Positions 18,170 to 26,883 of a stretch of DNA of 34,380 bases are shown one piece after another (positions within the stretch are counted from its first letter, which is position 1; each line of letters opens with the position of its first letter). Origin of the DNA: a virus (taxonomy: Duplodnaviria; Heunggongvirae; Uroviricota; Caudoviricetes). The notes under the pieces are model-generated. The model did not search any database, was not told where the DNA came from, and saw only the letters and a list, made by a program, of their open reading frames with translations. The stretch is taken from the IMG/VR virus record IMGVR_UViG_2671180849_000019. The stretch is one strand, 5' to 3'. The position numbers were made by a program, and so were the translations under genes.

Positions 18170-19936
18170 ATGAACACCACACTGACACCCGCAGATCTCG
18201 ATCCCCGTCGGCAGGCCATGCTGCTGTACTTTCAGGGATACCGCGTAGCCCGCATTGCTGAAATGCTGGGCGAGAAAGTTGCAACCGTTCACAGCTGGAA
18301 AAAACGCGACAAGTGGGGTGACTATGGGCCGCTGGATCAGATGCAGCTCACCACCGCCGCACGCTACTGCCAGCTCATTATGAAGGAGCACAAAGAAGGG
18401 AAAGATTTCAAAGAAATTGACCTGCTGGCGCGCCAGTCGGAGCGCCACGCGCGCATCGGCAAGTTTAACAATGGCGGTAACGAAGCCGACTTAAACCCTA
18501 ACGTCGCCAACCGCAACAAAGGCCCGCGCCGTCAGCCGGAAAAGAACGTTTTCACCGATGAACAAATTGAGAAGCTGGAAGAAATCTTCCACTCCTCCAT
18601 GTTCAACTACCAGCGCCACTGGTGGGAAGCCGGAAAAACCAACCGCATCCGCAACCTGCTGAAGTCACGCCAGATCGGCGCGACCTTTTACTTTGCCCGT
18701 GAAGCCCTGATTGACGCCCTGCTGACCGGACGTAACCAGATTTTCCTTTCCGCCAGTAAGGCACAGGCCCACGTCTTTAAGCAGTACATCATCGACTTCG
18801 CCAAAGAAGTGGAGGTGGAGCTGAAAGGCGATCCGATGGTGCTTCCTAACGGGGCCACGCTTTACTTCCTCGGCACCAATGCCCGCACAGCCCAGAGTTA
18901 TCACGGTAACCTGTATCTGGATGAATATTTCTGGATACCGAAATTCCAGGAGCTGCGCAAAGTGGCTTCCGGTATGGCTATTCACAAAAAATGGCGACAA
19001 ACCTATTTTTCCACGCCATCCAGCCTGACCCACAGTGCTTATCCGTTCTGGTCCGGTGCGCTGTTCAACCGTGGACGCAACAAAGCCGACAAGGTGGACA
19101 TCGACCTGTCCCACAGCAATCTGGCCCCCGGCCTGCTGTGCGCAGACGGGCAGTACCGCCAGATAGTCACTGTGGAAGATGCGGTGCGCGGCGGCTGCAA
19201 CTTGTTCGACCTCGACCAGTTACGCATGGAATACAGCCCGGATGAATACCAGAACCTGCTGATGTGTGAGTTCGTGGACGATCTCGCGTCCGTGTTCCCG
19301 CTCAGCGAGCTGCAGGGGTGCATGGTGGACAGCTGGGAAGTCTGGACCGACTTTCATGCACTGGCGCTGCGCCCGTTTGGCTGGCGCGAAGTGTGGATCG
19401 GTTATGACCCGGCAAAAGGTACGCAAAACGGCGACAGCGCCGGGTGCGTGGTGGTGGCACCGCCAGCCGTGCCGGGCGGTAAGTTCCGCATTCTTGAGCG
19501 TCACCAGTGGCGCGGAATGGACTTCCGCGCCCAGGCTGACGCCATCAAAAAACTGACCGAGCAGTACAACGTGACCTATATCGGCATTGACTCGACAGGC
19601 GTCGGTCACGGGGTTTATGAGAACGTGAAAGCGTTCTTTCCTGCCGTCCGGGAGTTTGTCTACAACCCCAACGTTAAAAACGCTCTGGTACTCAAGGCCT
19701 ACGACATTATCAGCCACCGCCGTCTGGAGTTTGACGCCGGACACACCGACATAGCGCAGTCATTTATGGCAATCCGTCGCGCCACCACCGCCAGTGGCAA
19801 CCGCCCGACCTATGAAGCCAGCCGCAGCGAAGAAGCCAGCCACGCCGATCTGGCCTGGGCAACAATGCACGCACTGTTTAACGAACCACTGCAAGGCGAG
19901 TCCGCCAATACCAGTAATATTGTGGAGATTTTTTGA
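18170..19936 (+). CDS. P: terminase ATPase (large) subunit gpP
   Basis: 588-aa ORF, divergent from O and followed by Q, as in P2. Confidence 0.9.
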   Translation: MNTTLTPADLDPRRQAMLLYFQGYRVARIAEMLGEKVATVHSWKKRDKWGDYGPLDQMQLTTAARYCQLIMKEHKEGKDFKEIDLLARQSERHARIGKFNNGGNEADLNPNVANRNKGPRRQPEKNVFTDEQIEKLEEIFHSSMFNYQRHWWEAGKTNRIRNLLKSRQIGATFYFAREALIDALLTGRNQIFLSASKAQAHVFKQYIIDFAKEVEVELKGDPMVLPNGATLYFLGTNARTAQSYHGNLYLDEYFWIPKFQELRKVASGMAIHKKWRQTYFSTPSSLTHSAYPFWSGALFNRGRNKADKVDIDLSHSNLAPGLLCADGQYRQIVTVEDAVRGGCNLFDLDQLRMEYSPDEYQNLLMCEFVDDLASVFPLSELQGCMVDSWEVWTDFHALALRPFGWREVWIGYDPAKGTQNGDSAGCVVVAPPAVPGGKFRILERHQWRGMDFRAQADAIKKLTEQYNVTYIGIDSTGVGHGVYENVKAFFPAVREFVYNPNVKNALVLKAYDIISHRRLEFDAGHTDIAQSFMAIRRATTASGNRPTYEASRSEEASHADLAWATMHALFNEPLQGESANTSNIVEIF

Positions 19937-20973
19937 TGGGAAAGCGTAAGAAAAACCGCGCAGCGGCGATGAATCAGATCCAGCATAAAAGCCAGACTTC
20001 AGCCGAAGCATTCAGCTTCGGCGATCCCGTTCCTGTTCTGGACCGCCGCGAATTACTGGACTATGTGGAATGCGTACAGATGGACCGCTGGTATGAGCCA
20101 CCAGTGAGTTTCGACGGACTGGCGCGAACCTTCCGCGCCGCCGTGCATCATAGCTCACCGATTGCGGTGAAATGCAACATTCTGACCAGCACCTACATCC
20201 CTCACCCGCTGCTCAGCCAGCAGGCTTTTTCACGTTTTGTGCAGGACTATCTGGTATTTGGTAACGCCTACCTGGAGAAACGCACGAACCGGTTCGGTGA
20301 AATTATCGCCCTTGAGCCTGCGCTGGCAAAATACACCCGACGCGGGTTAGACCTGGATACCTACTGGTTTGTGCAATACGGTATGACAACCCAGCCGTAT
20401 CAGTTCACGAAAGGCAGCATCTTTCATCTGATGGAACCCGATATCAACCAGGAGATCTACGGCCTGCCCGGCTATCTTTCTGCCATTCCGTCAGCCCTGC
20501 TCAACGAGTCCGCCACGCTGTTCCGACGCAAATATTATATTAATGGCAGCCATGCAGGATTCATAATGTACATGACCGATGCCGCTCAGAACCAGGAGGA
20601 TGTGAACAACCTCCGCAACGCGATGAAAAGCGCCAAAGGTCCGGGCAACTTCCGCAACCTGTTTATGTACTCGCCTAACGGCAAAAAGGACGGGCTTCAG
20701 ATCATCCCGCTGTCAGAAGTGGCGGCAAAGGATGAGTTTCTGAACATCAAGAACGTAAGCCGGGACGACATGATGGCGGCGCATCGTGTGCCGCCGCAAA
20801 TGATGGGGATTATGCCGAATAATGTTGGGGGGTTTGGGGATGTGGAGAAGGCAAGCCGTGTATTCGTCCGAAATGAGCTAATGCCACTACAAAAGCGATT
20901 ACAGGAGATGAATGATTGGCTTGGCAAGGAGGCGATACAGTTTAATACCTACTCGCTAGATATAGTCCCATAA
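19933..20973 (+). CDS. Q: portal (capsid portal vertex) protein gpQ
   Basis: 346-aa ORF overlapping the P stop; size and position as P2 Q. Confidence 0.9.
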   Translation: MMGKRKKNRAAAMNQIQHKSQTSAEAFSFGDPVPVLDRRELLDYVECVQMDRWYEPPVSFDGLARTFRAAVHHSSPIAVKCNILTSTYIPHPLLSQQAFSRFVQDYLVFGNAYLEKRTNRFGEIIALEPALAKYTRRGLDLDTYWFVQYGMTTQPYQFTKGSIFHLMEPDINQEIYGLPGYLSAIPSALLNESATLFRRKYYINGSHAGFIMYMTDAAQNQEDVNNLRNAMKSAKGPGNFRNLFMYSPNGKKDGLQIIPLSEVAAKDEFLNIKNVSRDDMMAAHRVPPQMMGIMPNNVGGFGDVEKASRVFVRNELMPLQKRLQEMNDWLGKEAIQFNTYSLDIVP

Positions 20974-20976
20974 TAA

Positions 20977-21002
20977 GAAAAGCCACCGTTTGGTGGCTTT
21001 TC
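20977..21002. terminator. bidirectional intrinsic terminator hairpin between convergent Q and the HIRAN-domain gene
   Basis: GAAAAGCCACC-gttt-GGTGGCTTTTC: GC-rich stem flanked by A-run and T-run on either side. Confidence 0.6.
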
Positions 21003-21007
21003 TTCAT

Positions 21008-21748
21008 TTACTCAATAGGTTCAAACTCATCCTGAGGAATCAGCGTCGATTGACAGGCTTGGCTTAGTACTCCTGATAATTTACATAATAACCGATAGTT
21101 ATGAGGAGCATCATCGCTAATCTTTTCGACCGTTAAAGTGATTGATTTTGGATCATCCAATAACATCTTCTTGATATCATTACTTAAATACCTAGGGCAG
21201 TAACCAACGATTTCAGCTGGTTTATCTGCACGAACGACAACAGCATCCCCATCGTATTCATTTTGAAGATCCAAGCAAAGACGCAAAATTTGCCCCGGTT
21301 TCAATTCAGATACACGAGCATTAGCTAAGCTATTTAAGTAACCAAGTCCATGTAAGAAGAAAAAATGCTCAAAGTTACCATCAGAATCAACATCAATTTT
21401 TTTGAAAATCTGCAGCTGATCAGTGCTTCGTAAGCCTCCCGAGCGAGCAAGAATATCGATAGGATTTACCTTATCTTCTTCAAATCCAAGCCATTTAATG
21501 AAACTCGGATACTCTGGACGTCTCGGTGATAAAAGGCGATTTTTAAAAAGAGGAAACAATTCTTCCGAAACATAAGTTTCACGAACATCACTCATGCCGC
21601 TAAACTTTGTAAATTTAGTAGATTTGAGAGCACCTTTGGTATACCTGAAAACATACCCCGATTTGCGCTCTTGCAAGTTACCAACAACATGCCAGTCTCT
21701 GGTATCTGGTGCCTGCCATGCGACGTAAACGGAGTTTGTATTAGTCAT
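21008..21748 (-). CDS. hypothetical protein with C-terminal HIRAN-like domain (predicted DNA 3'-end binding); second gene of the kinase cassette
   Basis: 246-aa ORF whose ATG overlaps the kinase stop (ATGA). Segment LRLCLDLQNEYDGDAVVVRADKPAEIVGYCPRYL fits the HIRAN signature as recalled. Confidence 0.6.
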   Translation of the reverse strand: MTNTNSVYVAWQAPDTRDWHVVGNLQERKSGYVFRYTKGALKSTKFTKFSGMSDVRETYVSEELFPLFKNRLLSPRRPEYPSFIKWLGFEEDKVNPIDILARSGGLRSTDQLQIFKKIDVDSDGNFEHFFFLHGLGYLNSLANARVSELKPGQILRLCLDLQNEYDGDAVVVRADKPAEIVGYCPRYLSNDIKKMLLDDPKSITLTVEKISDDAPHNYRLLCKLSGVLSQACQSTLIPQDEFEPIE

Positions 21749-22659
21749 TCTAGTAACCTTCTGCGATTTTCCATTACCATTAACGTTGCAAATCTACGTG
21801 CACTGTCGGATATACACGATGAAGGCACTTGGTTAAACACATCTGTAATGGAATCTTCTGTTAAAACGCTCAACTTACCTAACCAATGGTCGCGAGCGGC
21901 AACTCTCCCTTCAACTGCATGTTGAAATGCTTCAACGGTCAGCAAGGGCTTTTTATCAGTTTTTGCTTTGAATAGCTCAGAGCGAGCTTTTCTTACAAAA
22001 CATGGGATTTGTCGATTTTTATCTTTAGTATTAAGCCGTTCGTTACGCTCATCATCTAACATCTCCCTTCCTAAACTAGCGGCATGATCGTATGTTGGAC
22101 ACAAAAACTGCTCACCAGTTTCATTGTTAAGCATGATCGCCCAATTTTCATGATGGCGATCTTGATTACTCACAAGTGCATCGAGCATCAAATATCCACA
22201 AAATACATCTGCTGCATTTAGCCCGGTTAGATCATATACACTCGGAGGAGGCTTGATAGATTCCCTATCTAAACAACCCAATACCCTTGTGACAGTGTGT
22301 TCTCTGACCCTTACCGGCTTTTCCCCGGCTTGTAAAGGCCCAGGATAATCGAATGTCGAACTGTGAAGCACTTCATTTCCCATTACCATCCGGAAACCAG
22401 ATGGAATGATATTCTGAGTCACCACACCGAATCGACCATTGTATCGCGCCAAATCATAGCTAGCATGTGGAATGTTAAGCAAATGACATAACTCAGCAGC
22501 ACACTTTTCAGACCAATGCTCGCCAGTACCTGGCCTAGAGTACTTAAACAACTGCAAATTTACAGTGTCATCGGAGAAATAGAACCAAAACTTCTCTTTG
22601 GTTCCTAACTGTTCAAGATCGTTAGCTACGGGGCTAAGCTCTACCAATTGGTATGGCAT
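21745..22659 (-). CDS. HipA-like Ser/Thr kinase (short, HipT-sized, lacking the HipA N-terminal subdomain)
   Basis: Catalytic-loop motif LVSNQDRHHENWAIM and downstream LCPTYDHAASLG match the HipA D-x-H-x-x-N and P-x-YD motifs; Gly/Lys-rich N-terminal segment QLGTKEKFWFYF. Confidence 0.7.
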   Translation of the reverse strand: MPYQLVELSPVANDLEQLGTKEKFWFYFSDDTVNLQLFKYSRPGTGEHWSEKCAAELCHLLNIPHASYDLARYNGRFGVVTQNIIPSGFRMVMGNEVLHSSTFDYPGPLQAGEKPVRVREHTVTRVLGCLDRESIKPPPSVYDLTGLNAADVFCGYLMLDALVSNQDRHHENWAIMLNNETGEQFLCPTYDHAASLGREMLDDERNERLNTKDKNRQIPCFVRKARSELFKAKTDKKPLLTVEAFQHAVEGRVAARDHWLGKLSVLTEDSITDVFNQVPSSCISDSARRFATLMVMENRRRLLE

Positions 22660-22818
22660 CTGACATCCCTGTTTAGCGGATTATGAATAAGTTAGGTTCC
22701 ATTTTATCCAAACATTGTCAAATACTCTAAGATTTATTAGATGATAGAGCGATACTGTATGCATGTCCAGCAATCAAATCAATATATAACTCTTATATGA
22801 CTTAGCGCGCGCTCGTAT

Positions 22819-22830
22819 CCCCGCCACGCC
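22819..22830 (-). other. possible cos-related sequence (GGCGTGGCGGGG on the minus strand)
   Basis: 12-nt exact match to the 5' part of the 186 cohesive end as I recall it (GGCGTGGCGGGGAAAGCAT); the remaining 7 nt do not match. Confidence 0.25.
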
Positions 22831-22852
22831 TGCCCGCTTTATGTAGTGGTTT

Positions 22853-22954
22853 TCATGCACCTGCATGACATAAGCAAAAGCACGCCAGTTCTGGCTGACT
22901 TCAGCAAAAACGATCCTCAAACGATCATGCGATCTCATGCGTCATAGTCATGCG
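22853..22954. promoter_or_regulatory. array of TCATGC(A/G) motifs (one 16-bp palindrome plus three direct repeats) overlapping a cluster of three GATC sites
   Basis: Palindrome TCATGCAccTGCATGA at 22853-22868; TCATGCG at 22925, 22935 and 22948; GATC at 22912, 22923 and 22931, all in the intergenic region between the two divergent cargo operons. Confidence 0.3.
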
Positions 22955-23254
22955 CTGCCAAGGGAAGCGTAAATCCGTATCTGAATGACTGCTGAAAAGC
23001 GAATCATACGGGTTTACAAAGATGAAAGTTCGCTGTGAGCGAGAAGCGAACCTTGCAACTTTGTTGGCACAGTTTTAACACCAATTTTTTGAGGATAGCT
23101 AGAAAACTTGTGGCATAAAGGATCAGTTTCCCGATCGAACTTTTTATCAAGAAGGGCTCATAGCAATCGCCAGAAGAAGTGATGTTAAAGTATTGAGCTC
23201 GGCGTTAAGATTAAATAAATTACAGACTAATCCAATGTTTTGTGGAAGGATAAG

Positions 23255-24298
23255 ATGGCAGTCAAGCGCGCATACTACGGTAACGATAGTGACCGAGACT
23301 ACTTAGAGCGGATATTTCAGTCAGCTAACATTAACTTTCTCATCGGATCAGGTGCATCCCTCCCAGCGATTAAAGTACTGGGGACAATCGAAACGGATCT
23401 TCAGCAGCTTATTAATGATGAACAGGAAGATGAATACTTAAGGATGGCAGCTGACTTTTTGTCAGATGTTTGGCTACCTCATGAATGCATGTTGAAGCGC
23501 GGCTACGGCACCCCCTTCGCACCTCAGGTGATCACCGATTTGGAATGTACCCGTGCAAATTATGATGCATTTATGTCTTCACTGGAAAAGATACTGACCC
23601 GCCGCCGAACTGGCCTACTTCCGAGGCGTATTAACGTTTTTACAACTAATTATGATTTATTCATCGAAGAAGCTGCCACACGTAATAACAATATTCTTTT
23701 TAATGATGGATTCAATAGAAGAGCAAGTATTTTGGGAGATGCGGAATTTGATGCGGGTAGCTTTAATCATTCTGTAAGTGCAACCGGAAATCTGTATAAT
23801 TATAAAGTTGAGCTTCCTACTGTTAACCTTATAAAACTTCATGGTTCGCTCTCTTGGCAGCATTCTAAAGGGAAAATCATTTATCGTATTGCAGATATTA
23901 AGCCGCTTGACTTTCCCACCCTAGCCGAAATGAAAGGATGGGTACTTGCTCATGCACTTATTCTTCCACGTAAGGAGAAGTTTAAAGAGACTCTACTACA
24001 GAACGTTTATTATGATTTACTGAGAACCTATTCCAACGAGCTTGATAAAGAAGCAACTTTACTAATTGTCTTTGGGTTCTCGTTTGCTGATGAGCACATT
24101 GAAACGATAACTAAAAAAGCCCTGCGCAACGCCACCCTGAAGCTACTGATCTTTGCTTTCGATGAGGCCAGTGTTAACGGCTTTATGGAGAAATTTCGGG
24201 ATTACTCAAACGTAGAGATTATTTATCGGCCGGGAAGAAATGTTGATTTTCCGGTAATGAATAACATTATCACGTGCTATCTGGGAGGCTCGAGATGA
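23255..24298 (+). CDS. SIR2-family NAD+-binding protein (defence-associated; SIR2 component of a SIR2-HerA pair)
   Basis: Motifs NFLIGSGASLP (Gly-rich NAD loop), VFTTNYDLFIE and LIKLHGSL (catalytic His). Start taken at ATG 23255 after GGAAGGA; the ORF track starts at TTG 23240. Confidence 0.85.
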   Translation: MAVKRAYYGNDSDRDYLERIFQSANINFLIGSGASLPAIKVLGTIETDLQQLINDEQEDEYLRMAADFLSDVWLPHECMLKRGYGTPFAPQVITDLECTRANYDAFMSSLEKILTRRRTGLLPRRINVFTTNYDLFIEEAATRNNNILFNDGFNRRASILGDAEFDAGSFNHSVSATGNLYNYKVELPTVNLIKLHGSLSWQHSKGKIIYRIADIKPLDFPTLAEMKGWVLAHALILPRKEKFKETLLQNVYYDLLRTYSNELDKEATLLIVFGFSFADEHIETITKKALRNATLKLLIFAFDEASVNGFMEKFRDYSNVEIIYRPGRNVDFPVMNNIITCYLGGSR

Positions 24299-26154
24299 GC
24301 AGGCATTTTACTGAAGAGGAAGCGGTGCTCCGTATAGGCGAAGTCTGTGAGGTTTCTGGACGCGCTGTGACAATTTTGGTCGATAAAAACAAAAATCTCA
24401 GTGACTTGTTTTATCAGGGAAAAGTTCTAAGAAATGTATCAGTGGGTAGCTTCATTGAGATCAAAAAAGGTTTCATGAGCCTGATCGGCAAGGTTGAAGC
24501 GGAACGAATCATTGAGGAAAAACATCTCGCTGGGAGCGGCAGTGATGCCTGGCGATATCGGCGATACCTGACCTCTACTCTTACGGGTTACATTGATCGT
24601 ACTGGTTGCTTCATTGGTGGTTCGCGTGAACTACCTCTCATCGGCAATGAAGTCTTCGTGGTAACTGAAGAGATGATACAAACGGTTCATCAGATAGCTA
24701 ATGCAGACGAAACTGTAATGAGGTTTACTCGTACAGATCTTGAAGATATTGAAATTGCACTACCAATCAATGGTCTTATTAATTCCCACATTGCCATTTT
24801 CGGTAATACAGGCAGCGGAAAGTCAAATACCCTAGCCGCGCTATACAAAGCAGGTATTGCCCAAGTTAAACATATTCTCGGCAACCACTTTAGTGAAAGA
24901 TGCAAATTTATTCTATTCGACTTTAATGGAGAATATACTGCCCCACGCTGTATTACTGACGAGAAGACGGTTTATAATCTCAACACGCACCATGCAAATG
25001 GTGACAAACTTCCTCTACCCAGAGAGGTTCTACTTGAGCATGATATGCTCTCAGTTCTAACCGATGCAACAGACAAAACACAGAAACCTTTCCTGAAGAG
25101 AGTTCTTGAGTTTCGCAAGAAAGTGATGACTGCTGATAATCCTCTTGAGTTTATGCGCAATATCCTGAAGAAAAAAGTCAGACAAAATCTCTTTAGTAGC
25201 GACAAACCCAAATGCGATACTATAAATCAGTTTCTTAGCCCAATTTTCAAAGATGACCCAGAACTTATATCTGATCTTGAGTATCATTCAACTGCATATA
25301 AATGGAAATTGAGGGGTGGTAGTATTTTCAATACAGAAGCTGATACTGAGCGCTCCTATCTATTCAGTCTTGCAAGCAATTTTTTATTTAAAACTGATAT
25401 GATTGAAGAACTGTTGGACTTTATGTACTTACAGTTAATACAGGAATATTTATCTAACAAGTCTAACCCTGAACATATTTCACCAGTTATAAATAGAATG
25501 AGTGCTAACCGTAAAGATATAGCCAAAATATTTGATACTTCCGGACAGTCTGACTTTTGGGGTGAACATAATTTCACGGTTGTGAATCTAAATATGGTTA
25601 ATATAACCATGAAAAAAACGCTTCCTCTTTTGATAGCCAAGTGGGCTTACAATATGAAGAAAATGTCTACAGAGAAATCTACACTGCACATCATTATAGA
25701 TGAAGCCCACAATATTTTGTCTAATACTTCTTTTCGGGAAACGGAAAGTTGGAGAGATTATCGTCTGGAAACTTTTGAGGAAATCATAAAGGAGGGGAGA
25801 AAATTTGGAGTTTTTATCACAATTTCCAGTCAACGCCCTAATGATATATCGTCGACAATCATATCCCAAGCACACAATTATTTTATTCATCGCCTTATTA
25901 ATCAGAATGATCTGTACGCAATTGAAAAATCAGTATCATATATAGATCGACTGACTGAAGAGTCGATTCCAACGCTATCTACAGGAACCTGTATTTTTAG
26001 TGGTATCGTCTGCCCCATGCCGCTCAAATTAAGGGTAGCTGAACTTCCAATTGAAGAAAAACCTAAGAGTAATACTATTTCCTTCAACGATTTAATACCT
26101 GAGAGGCTGGGAGAGGATGACCAGAGCGACTACGTAATAACCAGCCCTCACTAA
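24295..26154 (+). CDS. HerA/FtsK-like ATPase (HerA component of a SIR2-HerA defence pair)
   Basis: Walker A FGNTGSGKSNT and Walker B LHIIIDEAHNI; ATG overlaps the SIR2 stop (ATGA) with a GGGAGG RBS. Confidence 0.85.
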   Translation: MSRHFTEEEAVLRIGEVCEVSGRAVTILVDKNKNLSDLFYQGKVLRNVSVGSFIEIKKGFMSLIGKVEAERIIEEKHLAGSGSDAWRYRRYLTSTLTGYIDRTGCFIGGSRELPLIGNEVFVVTEEMIQTVHQIANADETVMRFTRTDLEDIEIALPINGLINSHIAIFGNTGSGKSNTLAALYKAGIAQVKHILGNHFSERCKFILFDFNGEYTAPRCITDEKTVYNLNTHHANGDKLPLPREVLLEHDMLSVLTDATDKTQKPFLKRVLEFRKKVMTADNPLEFMRNILKKKVRQNLFSSDKPKCDTINQFLSPIFKDDPELISDLEYHSTAYKWKLRGGSIFNTEADTERSYLFSLASNFLFKTDMIEELLDFMYLQLIQEYLSNKSNPEHISPVINRMSANRKDIAKIFDTSGQSDFWGEHNFTVVNLNMVNITMKKTLPLLIAKWAYNMKKMSTEKSTLHIIIDEAHNILSNTSFRETESWRDYRLETFEEIIKEGRKFGVFITISSQRPNDISSTIISQAHNYFIHRLINQNDLYAIEKSVSYIDRLTEESIPTLSTGTCIFSGIVCPMPLKLRVAELPIEEKPKSNTISFNDLIPERLGEDDQSDYVITSPH

Positions 26155-26167
26155 TTAACAAAGTGCT

Positions 26168-26187
26168 GAAGCGGTAACGACCGCTTC
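26168..26187. terminator. possible terminator hairpin between convergent HerA and DinI-like genes
   Basis: GAAGCGGT-aacg-ACCGCTTC perfect 8-bp stem, but without a clear U-tract. Confidence 0.3.
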
Positions 26188-26298
26188 TAGCACAAAGCGG
26201 ACGATCACTTATCAAAATGCCCGCCCACCTTACGCCTCGTTTCACTCGTTGCCCAAACTAGCCCCCATCAGAATGAATCCTCCTGGAGGCAACGTTTC

Positions 26299-26532
26299 TT
26301 AATGCAGCCAGCTGTCGTCTTCCCACACTTTCTGCATAATTTTCATCACTTGTTTTCTTTCTTCATCCAGTTGCAGTCCGGTCAGTTCCACACCGTTAGA
26401 GCTACCTTTGCGGATACGAATTACCGTTTTGGGATACAGGGGGCGCAGATTGCGGTAAAGCTCGGATTCAAGGGCGTCCAGGGTAGACTGGCTAATCTTC
26501 TGCTCTTTATCGATCATTATTTCAATGCGCAT
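26299..26532 (-). CDS. DinI-like protein (Tum/Orf97-like SOS module)
   Basis: MRIEIMIDKEQKISQSTLDALESELYRNL...WEDDSWLH resembles E. coli DinI as recalled. Own RBS GAGGTG. The ORF track starts 24 codons upstream. Confidence 0.75.
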   Translation of the reverse strand: MRIEIMIDKEQKISQSTLDALESELYRNLRPLYPKTVIRIRKGSSNGVELTGLQLDEERKQVMKIMQKVWEDDSWLH

Positions 26533-26542
26533 AAAAGTCACC

Positions 26543-26731
26543 TCAACTGATGACATCCATTGAGCGGTTGTATTCGTGGGTTCTGATTTTTGCCATGAGT
26601 TCATCAGTCAATTCAGAAACCCACTGCAGAGCCAGCCCCTTCTCTTCATCACTACACTCACTAGCCGCTACAAGCTTAAGAAAAAAATCAATGCGCTGGA
26701 GCTTCAAAGACTCCAAAAAATAGTCCTGCAT
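26543..26731 (-). CDS. small hypothetical protein, first gene of the LexA-boxed operon
   Basis: 62-aa ORF with AGGAGG RBS, 43 bp downstream of a consensus LexA box; its stop overlaps the RBS of the DinI-like gene. Confidence 0.5.
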   Translation of the reverse strand: MQDYFLESLKLQRIDFFLKLVAASECSDEEKGLALQWVSELTDELMAKIRTHEYNRSMDVIS

Positions 26732-26773
26732 CTTTCCTCCTATGACACCAAAGCGATACTGTATACATAACCA

Positions 26774-26789
26774 CTGTTTATATTTACAG
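26774..26789 (-). promoter_or_regulatory. LexA operator (SOS box), CTGT-N8-ACAG
   Basis: CTGTttatatttACAG with an AT-rich spacer, upstream of the small ORF and DinI-like gene; a degenerate half-site (TATACAGTA) lies nearby. Confidence 0.6.
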
Positions 26790-26883
26790 TATATAATAAT
26801 CTTACTGATGTAAAACGTTTTTTTACGTTCATCAGCCAGAAATGCCTGGTATTATTAAGAGCACGAATTGTTAACCCGCGTAA

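Noticed and set aside
22755-22770. LexA-box-like sequence CTGTatgcatgtCCAG upstream of the kinase operon
   Set aside because: The second half-site is CCAG rather than the conserved ACAG, so it is unlikely to bind LexA.
26299-26731. Fusing the 62-aa ORF and the DinI-like ORF into one frameshifted Tum-like gene (their combined span is about 144 codons, close to the size of 186 Tum)
   Set aside because: The DinI-like ORF has its own RBS (GAGGTG) and ATG 10 bp after the first ORF's stop, so two coupled genes explain the sequence without invoking a frameshift. An indel at the T5 run (26587-26591) cannot be excluded.
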